Shown piece by piece: positions 1-8,615 of a stretch of DNA of 61,816 nt. Each line of letters opens with the position of its first letter. The first letter of the stretch is position 1. A program made the translations under genes and the position numbers. The notes below the pieces were generated by a model. It had not been told where the DNA came from. It saw only the letters and a list, made by a program, of their open reading frames with translations, and did no database searches. The DNA is taken from assembly GCA_030606805.1 (NCBI GenBank), contig JAUWFS010000001.1, positions 1-61,816 of the forward strand, written 5' to 3'. Origin of the DNA: Deltaproteobacteria bacterium. Its GTDB lineage: Bacteria > Desulfobacterota > Desulfobacteria > Desulfobacterales > ETH-SRB1.

Positions 1-2
1 TG

Positions 3-224
3 AGGATAATATGTGCATGGTGTAAAAAGGTGATATCCGATCCTGGTAACACGACAGAAGAAAGCCATGGGTGTTGTCCAGATTGTGTCAACACACTGCA
101 ACTGGAAGTTGAAAAACTTCAAAAGGAAAGGATAAAGGAAAGGATAATTGCGATTGCGATCATTCTTTCTTTCCAAGGAGGGAGTCATGATTTATCATTT
201 TATCGTTATTTTTACGGATCATAA
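3..224 (+). CDS. 5'-truncated small zinc-ribbon protein (partial at window edge)
   Basis: Frame is open from base 3 with no upstream stop. It has CAWC...HGCCPDC cysteine pairs. The track lists only the GTG-start version 30..224. Confidence 0.4.
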   Translation, partial: RIICAWCKKVISDPGNTTEESHGCCPDCVNTLQLEVEKLQKERIKERIIAIAIILSFQGGSHDLSFYRYFYGS

Positions 225-345
225 TTATCAGGAGGTCTACGCATCAATTAAAAGAGAAGCCGTCATTTTGGCTCAAGCAAGGCAAATCGAAGCAGGGCTG
301 AATTATAACGTGGTGGCTGTGAAAAAAGAAGGCAGACTTGTATGA
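187..345 (+). CDS. hypothetical small protein
   Basis: ATG 187 is preceded by AAGGAGGGAG. Same frame as track ORF 148..345. Confidence 0.55.
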   Translation: MIYHFIVIFTDHNYQEVYASIKREAVILAQARQIEAGLNYNVVAVKKEGRLV

Positions 346-400
346 TCTGTGCAGGAAAAGAACTTTAAATAGTTAGAATGCAATAAAGGAGATATAGTTA

Positions 401-586
401 ATGGAAAAACCGACAGTAAAACTAACAGGAGAGGATGGGAATGCCTTTGTGATACTCGGAAAAGTAAGTAAGGCGTTAAAAAGAGCTGGAATGAAGACAG
501 AGGCAGATGCGTTTTTAAAAGAGGCAGTGGAGGGTGATTATGATCATCTGCTAAGGACAGCCATGAAGTATGTGGATGTTGAGTGA
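401..586 (+). CDS. small protein of unknown function
   Basis: ATG follows an AAGGAGAT SD. 61 aa, with motif TGEDGNAF..LGK..KALK.AG...GDYDHLL. Confidence 0.7.
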   Translation: MEKPTVKLTGEDGNAFVILGKVSKALKRAGMKTEADAFLKEAVEGDYDHLLRTAMKYVDVE

Positions 587-623
587 TTTTAAAAAGGAAA
601 AGGAATTAGATTAGGGAAAAATT

Positions 624-1025
624 ATGAAAAAAGGAGATATCGTTACCATATACAAAGATCCGATTACCCGGAAAAAACCGGAAGATAAAGCAGAACTTCT
701 TAAACTGCTTGAAGCTGCCAGGCATCCAAATGATCTTGACCTGCAAAGGTGGTCTGTAAAGTTTGTCTCAGATGGTTTTGTTGCAGAAAGGTCTATTCTG
801 GAGAAAAAAATAATATGTCCAGAATGTAATGCAGAAATTGATTCATTAAGAAATATTACAACAGGTTCCATGGAGTATCGTGTGACTATCGTAGAAGGGG
901 ATGTTCAGTATGAAACGGAAGAGTTTGAACCTGATGCCAGCGTTAATGAATACTGGTGCCCTGAATGCGAGGCAGTTTTATTTACTGATGAAGCAAAAGC
1001 AATCGATTTTTTGAAAGGAGTATGA
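624..1025 (+). CDS. hypothetical zinc-ribbon protein
   Basis: 133 aa ORF with two CPEC pairs. Confidence 0.7.
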   Translation: MKKGDIVTIYKDPITRKKPEDKAELLKLLEAARHPNDLDLQRWSVKFVSDGFVAERSILEKKIICPECNAEIDSLRNITTGSMEYRVTIVEGDVQYETEEFEPDASVNEYWCPECEAVLFTDEAKAIDFLKGV

Positions 1026-1216
1026 CTATGTCGAAACAAAGTTATATGGGTTTAGAGGAGCGGAGAGGATATCAGTGGCCTGCGTCAGCTTTGACGGGTT
1101 ATGAAATGGCAATTCTGGCTGACTGCAGAAAAAAGACAGGTTTGTCTATTTGTGAATTGGTGAAGCAGGCAGTGATAGAGATAGACAAGATTATTACTAA
1201 TTCGAATATTACTTAG
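1022..1216 (+). CDS. hypothetical protein
   Basis: ATGA overlap with the upstream stop suggests translational coupling. 64 aa. Confidence 0.6.
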   Translation: MTMSKQSYMGLEERRGYQWPASALTGYEMAILADCRKKTGLSICELVKQAVIEIDKIITNSNIT

Positions 1217-1234
1217 AAAGTATGAATAATTTGT

Positions 1235-1849
1235 ATGGATAGACGTAAAGTAAAGAAATTTTGGGGCAGGGTTAAGAAATGCAAAGATGGTTGCTGGGAT
1301 ATTGTAGCAGGCCGACCCCCGAAAAGATATGGTCGGGTAAGGATTGATGGCCAATTGGTTCAAGCTCATAGGTTTGTATGGGAATTAACATATGGACCTA
1401 TTCCAAAAGGAATGAAGGTTTGTCATGACTGTGATAATCCATCATGTGTTAATCCTGAGCACTTATTTCTTGGTACGCAAAAAGATAATATGCAAGATGC
1501 TGTAAGAAAAGGAAGGATGTATCAGCCTAAAGTTAAGTTAACCGGTGCTCAGGTTGTTGAAATCCGAGAAAGGTATGCCATTGGTGGAATTACGCAGCGA
1601 GAACTTGGCGAAGAATTTGGCGTTGATCGACGAACTGTTACTCAAGTAGTAACGGGAGCTAACTGGAAACTTTTTGGTGGCAAACTTAGTACTCAAAACA
1701 GAAGAAAATTGACTGTTGGTCAGGTTGCTGAAATTAGAAAGAAATATCGTGATAGTGGCGTGTTGCAGTGTGAGTTGGCAGAAGAATATGAAATAAGTAG
1801 AAGTGCAATCTCGCTTATAGTCAGGAGAAAACGGTGGAGACAGGTATGA
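1235..1849 (+). CDS. HNH homing endonuclease with two C-terminal HTH repeats
   Basis: HNH motif CHDCDNPSCVNPEHLFLGTQKDNMQD. HTH repeats ITQRELGEEFGV and LQCELAEEYEIS. Confidence 0.9.
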   Translation: MDRRKVKKFWGRVKKCKDGCWDIVAGRPPKRYGRVRIDGQLVQAHRFVWELTYGPIPKGMKVCHDCDNPSCVNPEHLFLGTQKDNMQDAVRKGRMYQPKVKLTGAQVVEIRERYAIGGITQRELGEEFGVDRRTVTQVVTGANWKLFGGKLSTQNRRKLTVGQVAEIRKKYRDSGVLQCELAEEYEISRSAISLIVRRKRWRQV

Positions 1850-1889
1850 TAAGTAGCCGAAAGAACGTAAAAAAACTTATATTTTTTCC

Positions 1890-1919
1890 TTGACAACTAT
1901 TTCTTTTTTTTGCTACAAT
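1890..1919 (+). promoter_or_regulatory. sigma70-like promoter (TTGACA-N18-TGcTACAAT)
   Basis: -35 TTGACA at 1890..1895 and extended -10 TGcTACAAT ending at 1919. It lies in a 106-bp gap with a T-rich upstream tract. Confidence 0.6.
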
Positions 1920-1955
1920 AAATAAAACATAAACCATTTATTATCGGGGTAAGAA

Positions 1956-2165
1956 ATGAAAAAACTATACAAAGTTACAATAGAAATGATGGTACTTACC
2001 GAAGATGAAACTGCGGCAAAATATGCTGCTTCGGCTGCAGATGTAGATGCCTGTGATGTAGAGATTGAAGAAGCAACAGAATGTCTGCCGGGTTGGGAGA
2101 ATGCCTTTCCGTTCGGTTATGATAATGATGATATAACATGTGGGGAGCTGATAAAACTTTTATAA
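1956..2165 (+). CDS. acidic small protein
   Basis: 69 aa and D/E-rich. First gene after the promoter. Confidence 0.65.
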   Translation: MKKLYKVTIEMMVLTEDETAAKYAASAADVDACDVEIEEATECLPGWENAFPFGYDNDDITCGELIKLL

Positions 2166-2187
2166 TCGTTAAAGGAGGAAAGAGGAA

Positions 2188-2415
2188 ATGCCAAGTAATT
2201 TACCACCCGGAGTAACTGAAAGCATGATCCCCGGTAACAGACCAGAAGATCAGGAAGTCGAAATCACAATGATATTTTCTGTAGGAGAAATTGATGCCTT
2301 GAGATCGTATAACGATGCCCAGCACAAAATAGAGATTCCGCATCGTCACGAACTGTGGGACATTGTTTCAAATATGATTGATCAGTTTGATGATGAAGAT
2401 GTTGAGTATGAATAG
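2188..2415 (+). CDS. acidic small protein (N-terminal LPPGVT..IPGNRPED motif)
   Basis: AGGAGGAAAGAGG SD upstream. 75 aa. Confidence 0.65.
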   Translation: MPSNLPPGVTESMIPGNRPEDQEVEITMIFSVGEIDALRSYNDAQHKIEIPHRHELWDIVSNMIDQFDDEDVEYE

Positions 2416-2432
2416 AGAAAGGGGTGTAAAGC

Positions 2433-2618
2433 ATGGCAAGAATTACATATGATTTGGAAATTCCTGATGACGAGCTTCAGAAAATGGATAAAGCTGCATG
2501 TCAGCAGACCGATGGTAATATAACATGGGCTGATGTTGTTGATGATATTTTACAATCGGCAGCTAAGAAGATTTGCTTTGGGGCTAAGTTTGTTTTTGTA
2601 GATTTTCATCAAGAATAA
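2433..2618 (+). CDS. hypothetical small protein
   Basis: 61 aa ORF with a GAAAGGGG SD. Confidence 0.6.
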   Translation: MARITYDLEIPDDELQKMDKAACQQTDGNITWADVVDDILQSAAKKICFGAKFVFVDFHQE

Positions 2619-2634
2619 AAAGGACGGTGAGAAT

Positions 2635-2871
2635 ATGAAAAAAGTTGGAGATTTTATGTTGCTTCCGCCGGCGCCTGATGTTTGCCAGGAATGCGCGGTA
2701 AAACATGTGCCTGAGGAACCGCATGATGCAACATCGTTGTATTATCAATATAGCTTCAAGGCAGAGCATGGAAGATGGCCAAAATGGTCTGATGCTATTG
2801 CTCATTGTTCGGAAGAATTAAAGCAGGCGTGGACCGCTGAATTAAAAAGGCGTGGCTTGTGGAAGGAATGA
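2635..2871 (+). CDS. hypothetical protein
   Basis: 78 aa with a CQEC..H..PH Cys/His pattern. SD is GGACGGTGAG. Confidence 0.65.
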   Translation: MKKVGDFMLLPPAPDVCQECAVKHVPEEPHDATSLYYQYSFKAEHGRWPKWSDAIAHCSEELKQAWTAELKRRGLWKE

Positions 2872-2872
2872 A

Positions 2873-3226
2873 ATGTATAGCATTGAACAAAATCATTGCA
2901 AATGTTTTGTAATAAAAATGGACGGATATCCAGGTTCTGCTGAGCTATCGAGAATAGATAATGAATTTGTGAAATCGTATCTGCAAACAGATGTGGTTGG
3001 TACGTGGTACTATTTCAACAGATTAGTGGTGTACCCAAAGATAAGGAATAAGGGAATGGCAGCTCTACTTATGAAGCAAGTCGTAAGCTGGGCTGATCGA
3101 GAAAAGGTTAATATTTTTAATGAAGTTAATCCCTACGGGGACTTGGATATGGATCAACTTATTAAGTTTTATAGCCGATTTGGATTTGAACAATGTAACG
3201 ATATATTAATCAGGAGGTTTAAATAG
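2873..3226 (+). CDS. small GNAT-family N-acetyltransferase
   Basis: GNAT motif A-like RLVVYPKIRNKGMAALLMKQVV and C-terminal FYSRFGFE. ATG 2873 follows GGAAGGA; the track GTG start at 2852 is less likely. Confidence 0.7.
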   Translation: MYSIEQNHCKCFVIKMDGYPGSAELSRIDNEFVKSYLQTDVVGTWYYFNRLVVYPKIRNKGMAALLMKQVVSWADREKVNIFNEVNPYGDLDMDQLIKFYSRFGFEQCNDILIRRFK

Positions 3227-3291
3227 TGCGTGTCGAAAAAGGGGAAAGGCTGTTAAAATTATAAAAATGAAAGACTTGAAAGAAAAAAGTG

Positions 3292-3849
3292 ATGGCTGAA
3301 AAGATACCTTATATAACAACTGAATCTGGCGGTCTCCGAGCGTGGGTAGATGGTTATGTGTTAACTGAATATGGTAACTCTGTCTGCTGTTTATCCGTTT
3401 TTGGGGCTATTGGAGCTGTCCAGGCTCTTTGTGCAAGCCTTGTTTCTGGTCGGGACGTTCAGTTGTGGGGAAACGGTGAGTTTGGGACGGAGCTGCATAA
3501 GAAATGGGGCAAGGTCAAATATCGCATGATTTCAAAACGATTGCCGTCAAAGATGTTGAGCATGATAGTACTGATAGATGAAGCTGTTTTATCCCATGAT
3601 CAGGATTTTGTCATTATTAGCAGGGAACATAATCCGGTAGATTTGTTGTATAGAAACTTAATTTACAGGTCAGAGTTACCTTTACATAGCGCATGGAAGA
3701 AGTGGCTTTGGGCAACTTTTGAGTGTTTTGAATGGATGACTAAATTACCGAGTTATAGAATGTGTGGGCATGAGATTTCATTTGATGATGATGAACTGGC
3801 CGAGAAAATCAAGGTTGGAATTAGAAGCGGGAGAATTCCTAAAATATGA
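3292..3849 (+). CDS. hypothetical protein
   Basis: 185 aa. Start is ATG 3292, or GTG 3289. Confidence 0.7.
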   Translation: MAEKIPYITTESGGLRAWVDGYVLTEYGNSVCCLSVFGAIGAVQALCASLVSGRDVQLWGNGEFGTELHKKWGKVKYRMISKRLPSKMLSMIVLIDEAVLSHDQDFVIISREHNPVDLLYRNLIYRSELPLHSAWKKWLWATFECFEWMTKLPSYRMCGHEISFDDDELAEKIKVGIRSGRIPKI

Positions 3850-4559
3850 CTGATGAAGAAATATATTTGGAGAAGGCCAAGAAAAGATTTTGGGCGAAGG
3901 TTAAAAAAAGCAAGGATTTCGATGGTTGCTGGGAATGGGACGGATGGAAAAACCAAAGTGGAGTTGGTCAGTTTTTCTATAATGATAAACCTATGCTACC
4001 ATCTAACTTTATTTGGGAGATTTTTTATGGTGTTATACCGAATGAAAATCGTGTAATGCAGCGGTGTGAAAACATGGGCTGCGTTAGACCAAGTCACCTT
4101 TTTCTTAAAGATGTCAGTTTGGAAACACGATTTTGGTCAAAGGTTAAGAAAGGTGATAGGCATGATGATTGTTGGGAATGGATTGCCTATAAAACAAGAC
4201 ATGGCTATGGGCGATTTAATTTTAATGGTATAATAAATTTAGCACATAGGATTGCATGGGAATTAATACATGGATCTATTCCGGTAGGGATGAATGTTTG
4301 TCATGACTGCGATAACCCTGGTTGTGTTAACCCGGAACACTTGTTTCTTGGAACACAACTCGACAATATGCAAGACTGTGTAAGAAAGGGGAGGTTTTGT
4401 TGCAAGCTGAAAGTAGAAGATGTTGTACAAATTAGGAGAAAATATGCGGCAGGAAATATTTCTCAACGAAAACTTGCAGCACAATATAATATTAGCCATC
4501 AGCACGTTTTAGTAATAGTAAAAAGAATGATCTGGAAAAATATAGATATAATAACTTAA
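3846..4559 (+). CDS. tandem-module HNH endonuclease
   Basis: Degenerate N-module (CENMGCVRPSHLFL), then intact HNH (CHDCDNPGCVNPEHLFLGTQLDNMQD), then an HTH (ISQRKLAAQYNIS). Confidence 0.9.
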   Translation: MTDEEIYLEKAKKRFWAKVKKSKDFDGCWEWDGWKNQSGVGQFFYNDKPMLPSNFIWEIFYGVIPNENRVMQRCENMGCVRPSHLFLKDVSLETRFWSKVKKGDRHDDCWEWIAYKTRHGYGRFNFNGIINLAHRIAWELIHGSIPVGMNVCHDCDNPGCVNPEHLFLGTQLDNMQDCVRKGRFCCKLKVEDVVQIRRKYAAGNISQRKLAAQYNISHQHVLVIVKRMIWKNIDIIT

Positions 4560-4594
4560 ATCATAAATCAAAAATAAGAAGGAGGAATAGAATT

Positions 4595-4771
4595 ATGTCA
4601 ATCAAGAAAGTTCTAATGGAAAGGGATGGAATGACCTCTGATGAAGCAGATGCTGATATTGCGGCTGCAAGGACCGATCTTCACGAGCGGCTTGGTAAAG
4701 GTGAAATGCCGTTTGATGTGTGTGAGGAGTGGTTTGGCTTGGAAGGAGATTATCTGGAAGAGCTGATATAA
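4595..4771 (+). CDS. hypothetical small protein (58 aa, below track cutoff)
   Basis: AGGAGGAATAG SD precedes ATG 4595. Translates to MSIKKVLMERDGMTSDEADADI...GLEGDYLEELI. Confidence 0.55.
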   Translation: MSIKKVLMERDGMTSDEADADIAAARTDLHERLGKGEMPFDVCEEWFGLEGDYLEELI

Positions 4772-4788
4772 CGAAGGAGAGAGGTTTT

Positions 4789-4947
4789 ATGAAAACAATT
4801 ACCATTAAACAATGGGATAGCGCCGGTATTGAACAGCGAGATCGATGGTTGTCTGATGAGGATGTCATGTTAGATGAACAAGGGTATAAAATCTTATGTG
4901 ATAGAACTGACAAGCTGAAAAATCCCGAAGAGGATCAAGATAAATAA
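4789..4947 (+). CDS. hypothetical small protein
   Basis: AAGGAGAGAGG SD precedes ATG 4789. In frame with track ORF 4729..4947. Confidence 0.55.
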   Translation: MKTITIKQWDSAGIEQRDRWLSDEDVMLDEQGYKILCDRTDKLKNPEEDQDK

Positions 4948-5666
4948 TGGCACGATTAGAATCAAAGATTAAGCTTGATATGGATGAGTTGTATTTAGAA
5001 AAGGCCAAAAAGCGATTTTGGGCGAAGGTGAACAAAATTGATGATGGCTGTTGGTTATGGACCGGATATACAAGGGAAGGATATGGAAGATTTTCTTTCA
5101 GAAGAAAACTTGTTAATGCTCATTACTTTGCGTGGGAAATTTTACATGGAACACCAGTGCCTTCTGGCACTGCGCATTTGTTGCGTCAATGCGGCAATAA
5201 ATTATGCGTTAATCCTGACCATATGCTATTGTATCAAAAAACTCAATTAGAACGATTTTGGGAAAAAGTTGAAAAGAAAGAAAACGGGTGCTGGGAGTGG
5301 ACTGCTTATAAGATGAGACTTGGTTATGGAATGTTTACATTTGACAAAATATTTCAGCTTGCGCACAGAATTGCATGGAAAATAACCAACGGGCCGATAC
5401 CAGAAGGGTTAGATGTTTTGCATCGTTGCGATAATCCGCCTTGCTGTAATCCAGATCATCTATTTTTAGGTACTCATAAAGACAATATGCAAGACTGTGT
5501 AAGTAAAGGACGTATATATCGCAAATTGGATGTAGAAGATATTTTGCAGATTAGAAAAAGATATGCTGTTGAAAAAATAACACAAAGGCAACTTGGTGAG
5601 GAATACGGAGTATGCCAAGTTCATATCGGAGATATAATAAGGCGTAAGAAGTGGAGGCACATATAG
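4947..5666 (+). CDS. tandem-module HNH endonuclease (paralog of 3846..4559)
   Basis: Shares the LYLEKAKKRFWAKV start. Degenerate module (CGNKLCVNPDHML), then intact HNH (HRCDNPPCCNPDHLFLGTHKDNMQD), then an HTH. Confidence 0.9.
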   Translation: MARLESKIKLDMDELYLEKAKKRFWAKVNKIDDGCWLWTGYTREGYGRFSFRRKLVNAHYFAWEILHGTPVPSGTAHLLRQCGNKLCVNPDHMLLYQKTQLERFWEKVEKKENGCWEWTAYKMRLGYGMFTFDKIFQLAHRIAWKITNGPIPEGLDVLHRCDNPPCCNPDHLFLGTHKDNMQDCVSKGRIYRKLDVEDILQIRKRYAVEKITQRQLGEEYGVCQVHIGDIIRRKKWRHI

Positions 5667-6686
5667 ATGGCGAGATTAGCAAGCGTAGCAAAAGCAGGAT
5701 TTTTCTCCACACCGCCTGAAATAGTAAAAATGATTAGCTCATTTATTCAGGCAGAGGAACCTGTTGGAAGGCTACTGGACCCGTGTAGTGGAACCGGAGA
5801 TGCTCTTGCTCAGATTGCACATGGATTGCACATGAATGTTAAGACTTTCGGAGTAGAATTAGACAAAGAGAGAGCTATGCAATCTAAGTCTGTATTGACC
5901 AAGGTGGTTGATGGAGACCTGTTCAGAGTACGAGCCAAAAAAGGTTCATTTTCATTCGTCCTTTTAAATCCCCCTTACCATCAAGATCCTGGGGAAAATA
6001 AAAGATTCGAGCATACTTTTCTTACATTTTCAACCCCGTATCTTCAGACTGGTGGAATCTTGGTTTATTTAATACCGCAGAAAAGACTTAGCAAACGCAT
6101 AGCTCGTTACATGAGTTCTTGGTATCAGCAGTTTATTGTTTATCGTTTTCCAGGCAGGAGCTATGAAACCTTCGGGCAACTTGTCTTGTTTGCTATCAAA
6201 AAGTCAAAATCGTTCTTGGATGAAACAGCTTATACCAGGCTAACCGCGGTACCGGAAACTGTCCTTAAAGAATTGTATGCTAAAGAAAAACCTGTTTATA
6301 CAATTCCGAAAAACACAGTTGATGACAAAGCCTTTTACTTTCGTAGCTTAGATCTCAATATGAAAGAGCTACAGCAAGAGGTTGATGATCACGGAGCCTG
6401 GGAACAGGTAAAGCAGATGATGTATCCACCTATGGAAGATGTTAAAGGTAAGGTGCTTATGCCTTTAAGAAAGGGACATTTGGCAATTCTCATTGCGTGT
6501 GGTCTTTGTGACGGTATTCTGGAAAGGGACGGAAAACGTCTTTTGATTAAGGGTGTAGCCAAAAAAGAGCAAATCGTTACGGAGGAGCATGATGGCGAAA
6601 CAGTGATAGAAAAGTCAGTAGACGTTATCAAAATCGGCATAAAATGTCTTGACCTTAAGACCGGAGAGTTAATTAACGTAGAATAA
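5667..6686 (+). CDS. SAM-dependent DNA methyltransferase (N6-A type, gamma motif order)
   Basis: Motif I LDPCSGTGDA is followed by motif IV LLNPPY. Confidence 0.8.
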   Translation: MARLASVAKAGFFSTPPEIVKMISSFIQAEEPVGRLLDPCSGTGDALAQIAHGLHMNVKTFGVELDKERAMQSKSVLTKVVDGDLFRVRAKKGSFSFVLLNPPYHQDPGENKRFEHTFLTFSTPYLQTGGILVYLIPQKRLSKRIARYMSSWYQQFIVYRFPGRSYETFGQLVLFAIKKSKSFLDETAYTRLTAVPETVLKELYAKEKPVYTIPKNTVDDKAFYFRSLDLNMKELQQEVDDHGAWEQVKQMMYPPMEDVKGKVLMPLRKGHLAILIACGLCDGILERDGKRLLIKGVAKKEQIVTEEHDGETVIEKSVDVIKIGIKCLDLKTGELINVE

Positions 6687-6703
6687 AGGAGAGATGATAC
6701 GCG

Positions 6704-6976
6704 ATGAAGATCAAAAAAATTAGTGCGGTGCTTATAGAAAGTGGCGGGACGCAAGAGTATATTATATTACCTGAGCGGCGTGAACAGGTGGTTTCACCTA
6801 CTGACTTCAGTTCGAGAAGAAAGATTGTTGCACCTGCCGAAAATGCCATAGGTAAATTTGTAATAGATCGTTTGTTTAAACTTCAAGTTGGCGATAGTGT
6901 AACCGTCAAATGGGGAGATGTTTTCAAAATTGAGGAGGATGAGCCGGAGCCCCGCAGCCCGGACAAGGAGAACTAA
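6704..6976 (+). CDS. hypothetical protein
   Basis: 90 aa ORF. Its stop overlaps the next start. Confidence 0.6.
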   Translation: MKIKKISAVLIESGGTQEYIILPERREQVVSPTDFSSRRKIVAPAENAIGKFVIDRLFKLQVGDSVTVKWGDVFKIEEDEPEPRSPDKEN

Positions 6977-7728
6977 TGAATTTACGGGAGCTACGTGACG
7001 CAGTTGAAACGTCAGACATGGAAAGAGAAGCAAAGGCAGAGATTGATGAGATTTTGACAATATATCGCCAGAGCCATATTGACACATGTTTAATGTGTGG
7101 TAAAGAATCAAAGAAGTCTTTTATGTCAGAAATCAAACTAAATAAAGATGAAAAAATTCTTGAGATCCCGCTTGATTTTTTACCCGATTTCAAAAAAGAT
7201 ATAGAAGGTTCTCTCAGGGAAGTTGCAGGTAAGAGCAAACTAAAGATTAACGGAAGGTCGAAGAGAAATGAAAGGAAAGAAAATATGGATAAAGAAATAA
7301 CCGGTGATGAATTTCACGAAATTCTCAAAAAGATTATTGGAGAAAAAGTTTCAGTTGATGACTTACTATCAATACCGGATGTGTATGAGTGTCTGTGTGA
7401 GGAATACAACAATGAGGTGCTGGAAGTTTGGGAGCAGGGGGTCCAAGACGACGAACATTTGTTTGAGTTTACACTTACGGAGAGGACATCTGGAAAGTGT
7501 TTTTCTATGAATCATCTTATTAAAGCTAAGTCTGATGAAGATGCCCGTCAAAAGGTGAAGAAATTTTGCGAGAATTGGTACGAGGATGATTCAACATACC
7601 GGTTTGATGAGGTGACTCAAGCCCATTGTTTTGATTGTGATTTAGTATGTCTAACTGTTGAGGATTTAAGAGAGACTACGAAGAAAGAATGGTTGAACCA
7701 GATATATGCAACGTCGTTAATCAGTTAG
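6976..7728 (+). CDS. hypothetical protein containing a terminase-large-subunit-like fragment
   Basis: Residues ILEIPLDFLPDFKKDIEGSLREVAGKSKL closely match TerL VLNVPLDFLPDFKRDIEGSLREIAGKSKL (47.27-47.36 kb). Confidence 0.65.
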   Translation: MNLRELRDAVETSDMEREAKAEIDEILTIYRQSHIDTCLMCGKESKKSFMSEIKLNKDEKILEIPLDFLPDFKKDIEGSLREVAGKSKLKINGRSKRNERKENMDKEITGDEFHEILKKIIGEKVSVDDLLSIPDVYECLCEEYNNEVLEVWEQGVQDDEHLFEFTLTERTSGKCFSMNHLIKAKSDEDARQKVKKFCENWYEDDSTYRFDEVTQAHCFDCDLVCLTVEDLRETTKKEWLNQIYATSLIS

Positions 7729-7835
7729 AAAAGGCGCTTTTACAAAGAATCAAGAAAAACAGTATGTTGCATTGTATTATTGATGTGTATCAGCAAAAAG
7801 GCGCTTGTTTATAATTAGATAGGAGAAAAACACAA

Positions 7836-8162
7836 ATGTGGAATACGCCAACAGAAAAAGACTTAGCCAAAATCCCTAACCTATATGAAAGTGAAAATAT
7901 ATCAATGAAGGATAAACTGATACACCTTCACTTCTTTATTATGGGAAGCGATTGGTACATTGCCGAGTATAATGGGAAAGACCTGTTTTGGGGGTTTGTA
8001 ATTTTGAATGAGGATTATGAAATGGCTGAATGGGGTTTTATTTCGTTTGCGGAAATGAAAGAGATTATAGTAGAGCCGGGAATTGAAATTGAGTGCGAAC
8101 TCGGCTGGCAAATCAAAAAAGCCTGCGAGATAGAAAAAATTACAAGAGCTCAGGGATATTGA
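7836..8162 (+). CDS. DUF2958-like protein
   Basis: The pattern IPNLYESE...HLHFF..GSDWYIAEY...FWGFV...EWGFISFAEM matches the DUF2958 family pattern from recall. Confidence 0.65.
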   Translation: MWNTPTEKDLAKIPNLYESENISMKDKLIHLHFFIMGSDWYIAEYNGKDLFWGFVILNEDYEMAEWGFISFAEMKEIIVEPGIEIECELGWQIKKACEIEKITRAQGY

Positions 8163-8180
8163 AAAAAGGAGGTAAGTAGT

Positions 8181-8603
8181 ATGTCGGATACGTGTTATTT
8201 TCAGATAGATATTTTGAAAAAGGATAAAGAAAAAGTTGACGAGATTATGTTTGATCTTGAACCTGGCTCAAGATTGCGGTGGCCCGAAGAAGAGGATAAT
8301 GAAGACGGGACTGTAACGCTTATCGAGCATGAAGCAAGGTATGGTTATCTCGATCAGCGGAATAAGCTGGCAGAGGCCGGCATTGTTTTTCATGGACAGC
8401 ATGGCGCTGGTAGCTGTTATGGTGAATGCATCTTTGCATGTTACGATAAGCGACATGTAGAGGCAAACGCAATCGACTATGGTCCGGTTGCGCTGGTTAA
8501 TTGTAATGGGACTGTTGATATGTCATCTCTGAGAAATGCACAAAATTATTATCAAATCCTTGAATTGGTCAAAAAGTACTTTAAGGAAAAGGGAGCCGTT
8601 TAG
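8181..8603 (+). CDS. hypothetical protein
   Basis: 140 aa with an AAGGAGGTAAG SD. Confidence 0.65.
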   Translation: MSDTCYFQIDILKKDKEKVDEIMFDLEPGSRLRWPEEEDNEDGTVTLIEHEARYGYLDQRNKLAEAGIVFHGQHGAGSCYGECIFACYDKRHVEANAIDYGPVALVNCNGTVDMSSLRNAQNYYQILELVKKYFKEKGAV

Positions 8604-8615
8604 ACGTTATAGTAA

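Noticed and set aside
7729-7835. Direct repeat AAAGGCGCTT (7731 and 7797) with a TATAAT at 7810, as a promoter/operator
   Set aside because: There is no acceptable -35 at 16-18 bp spacing and the repeat is only 10 bp. It is plausible but unsupported.
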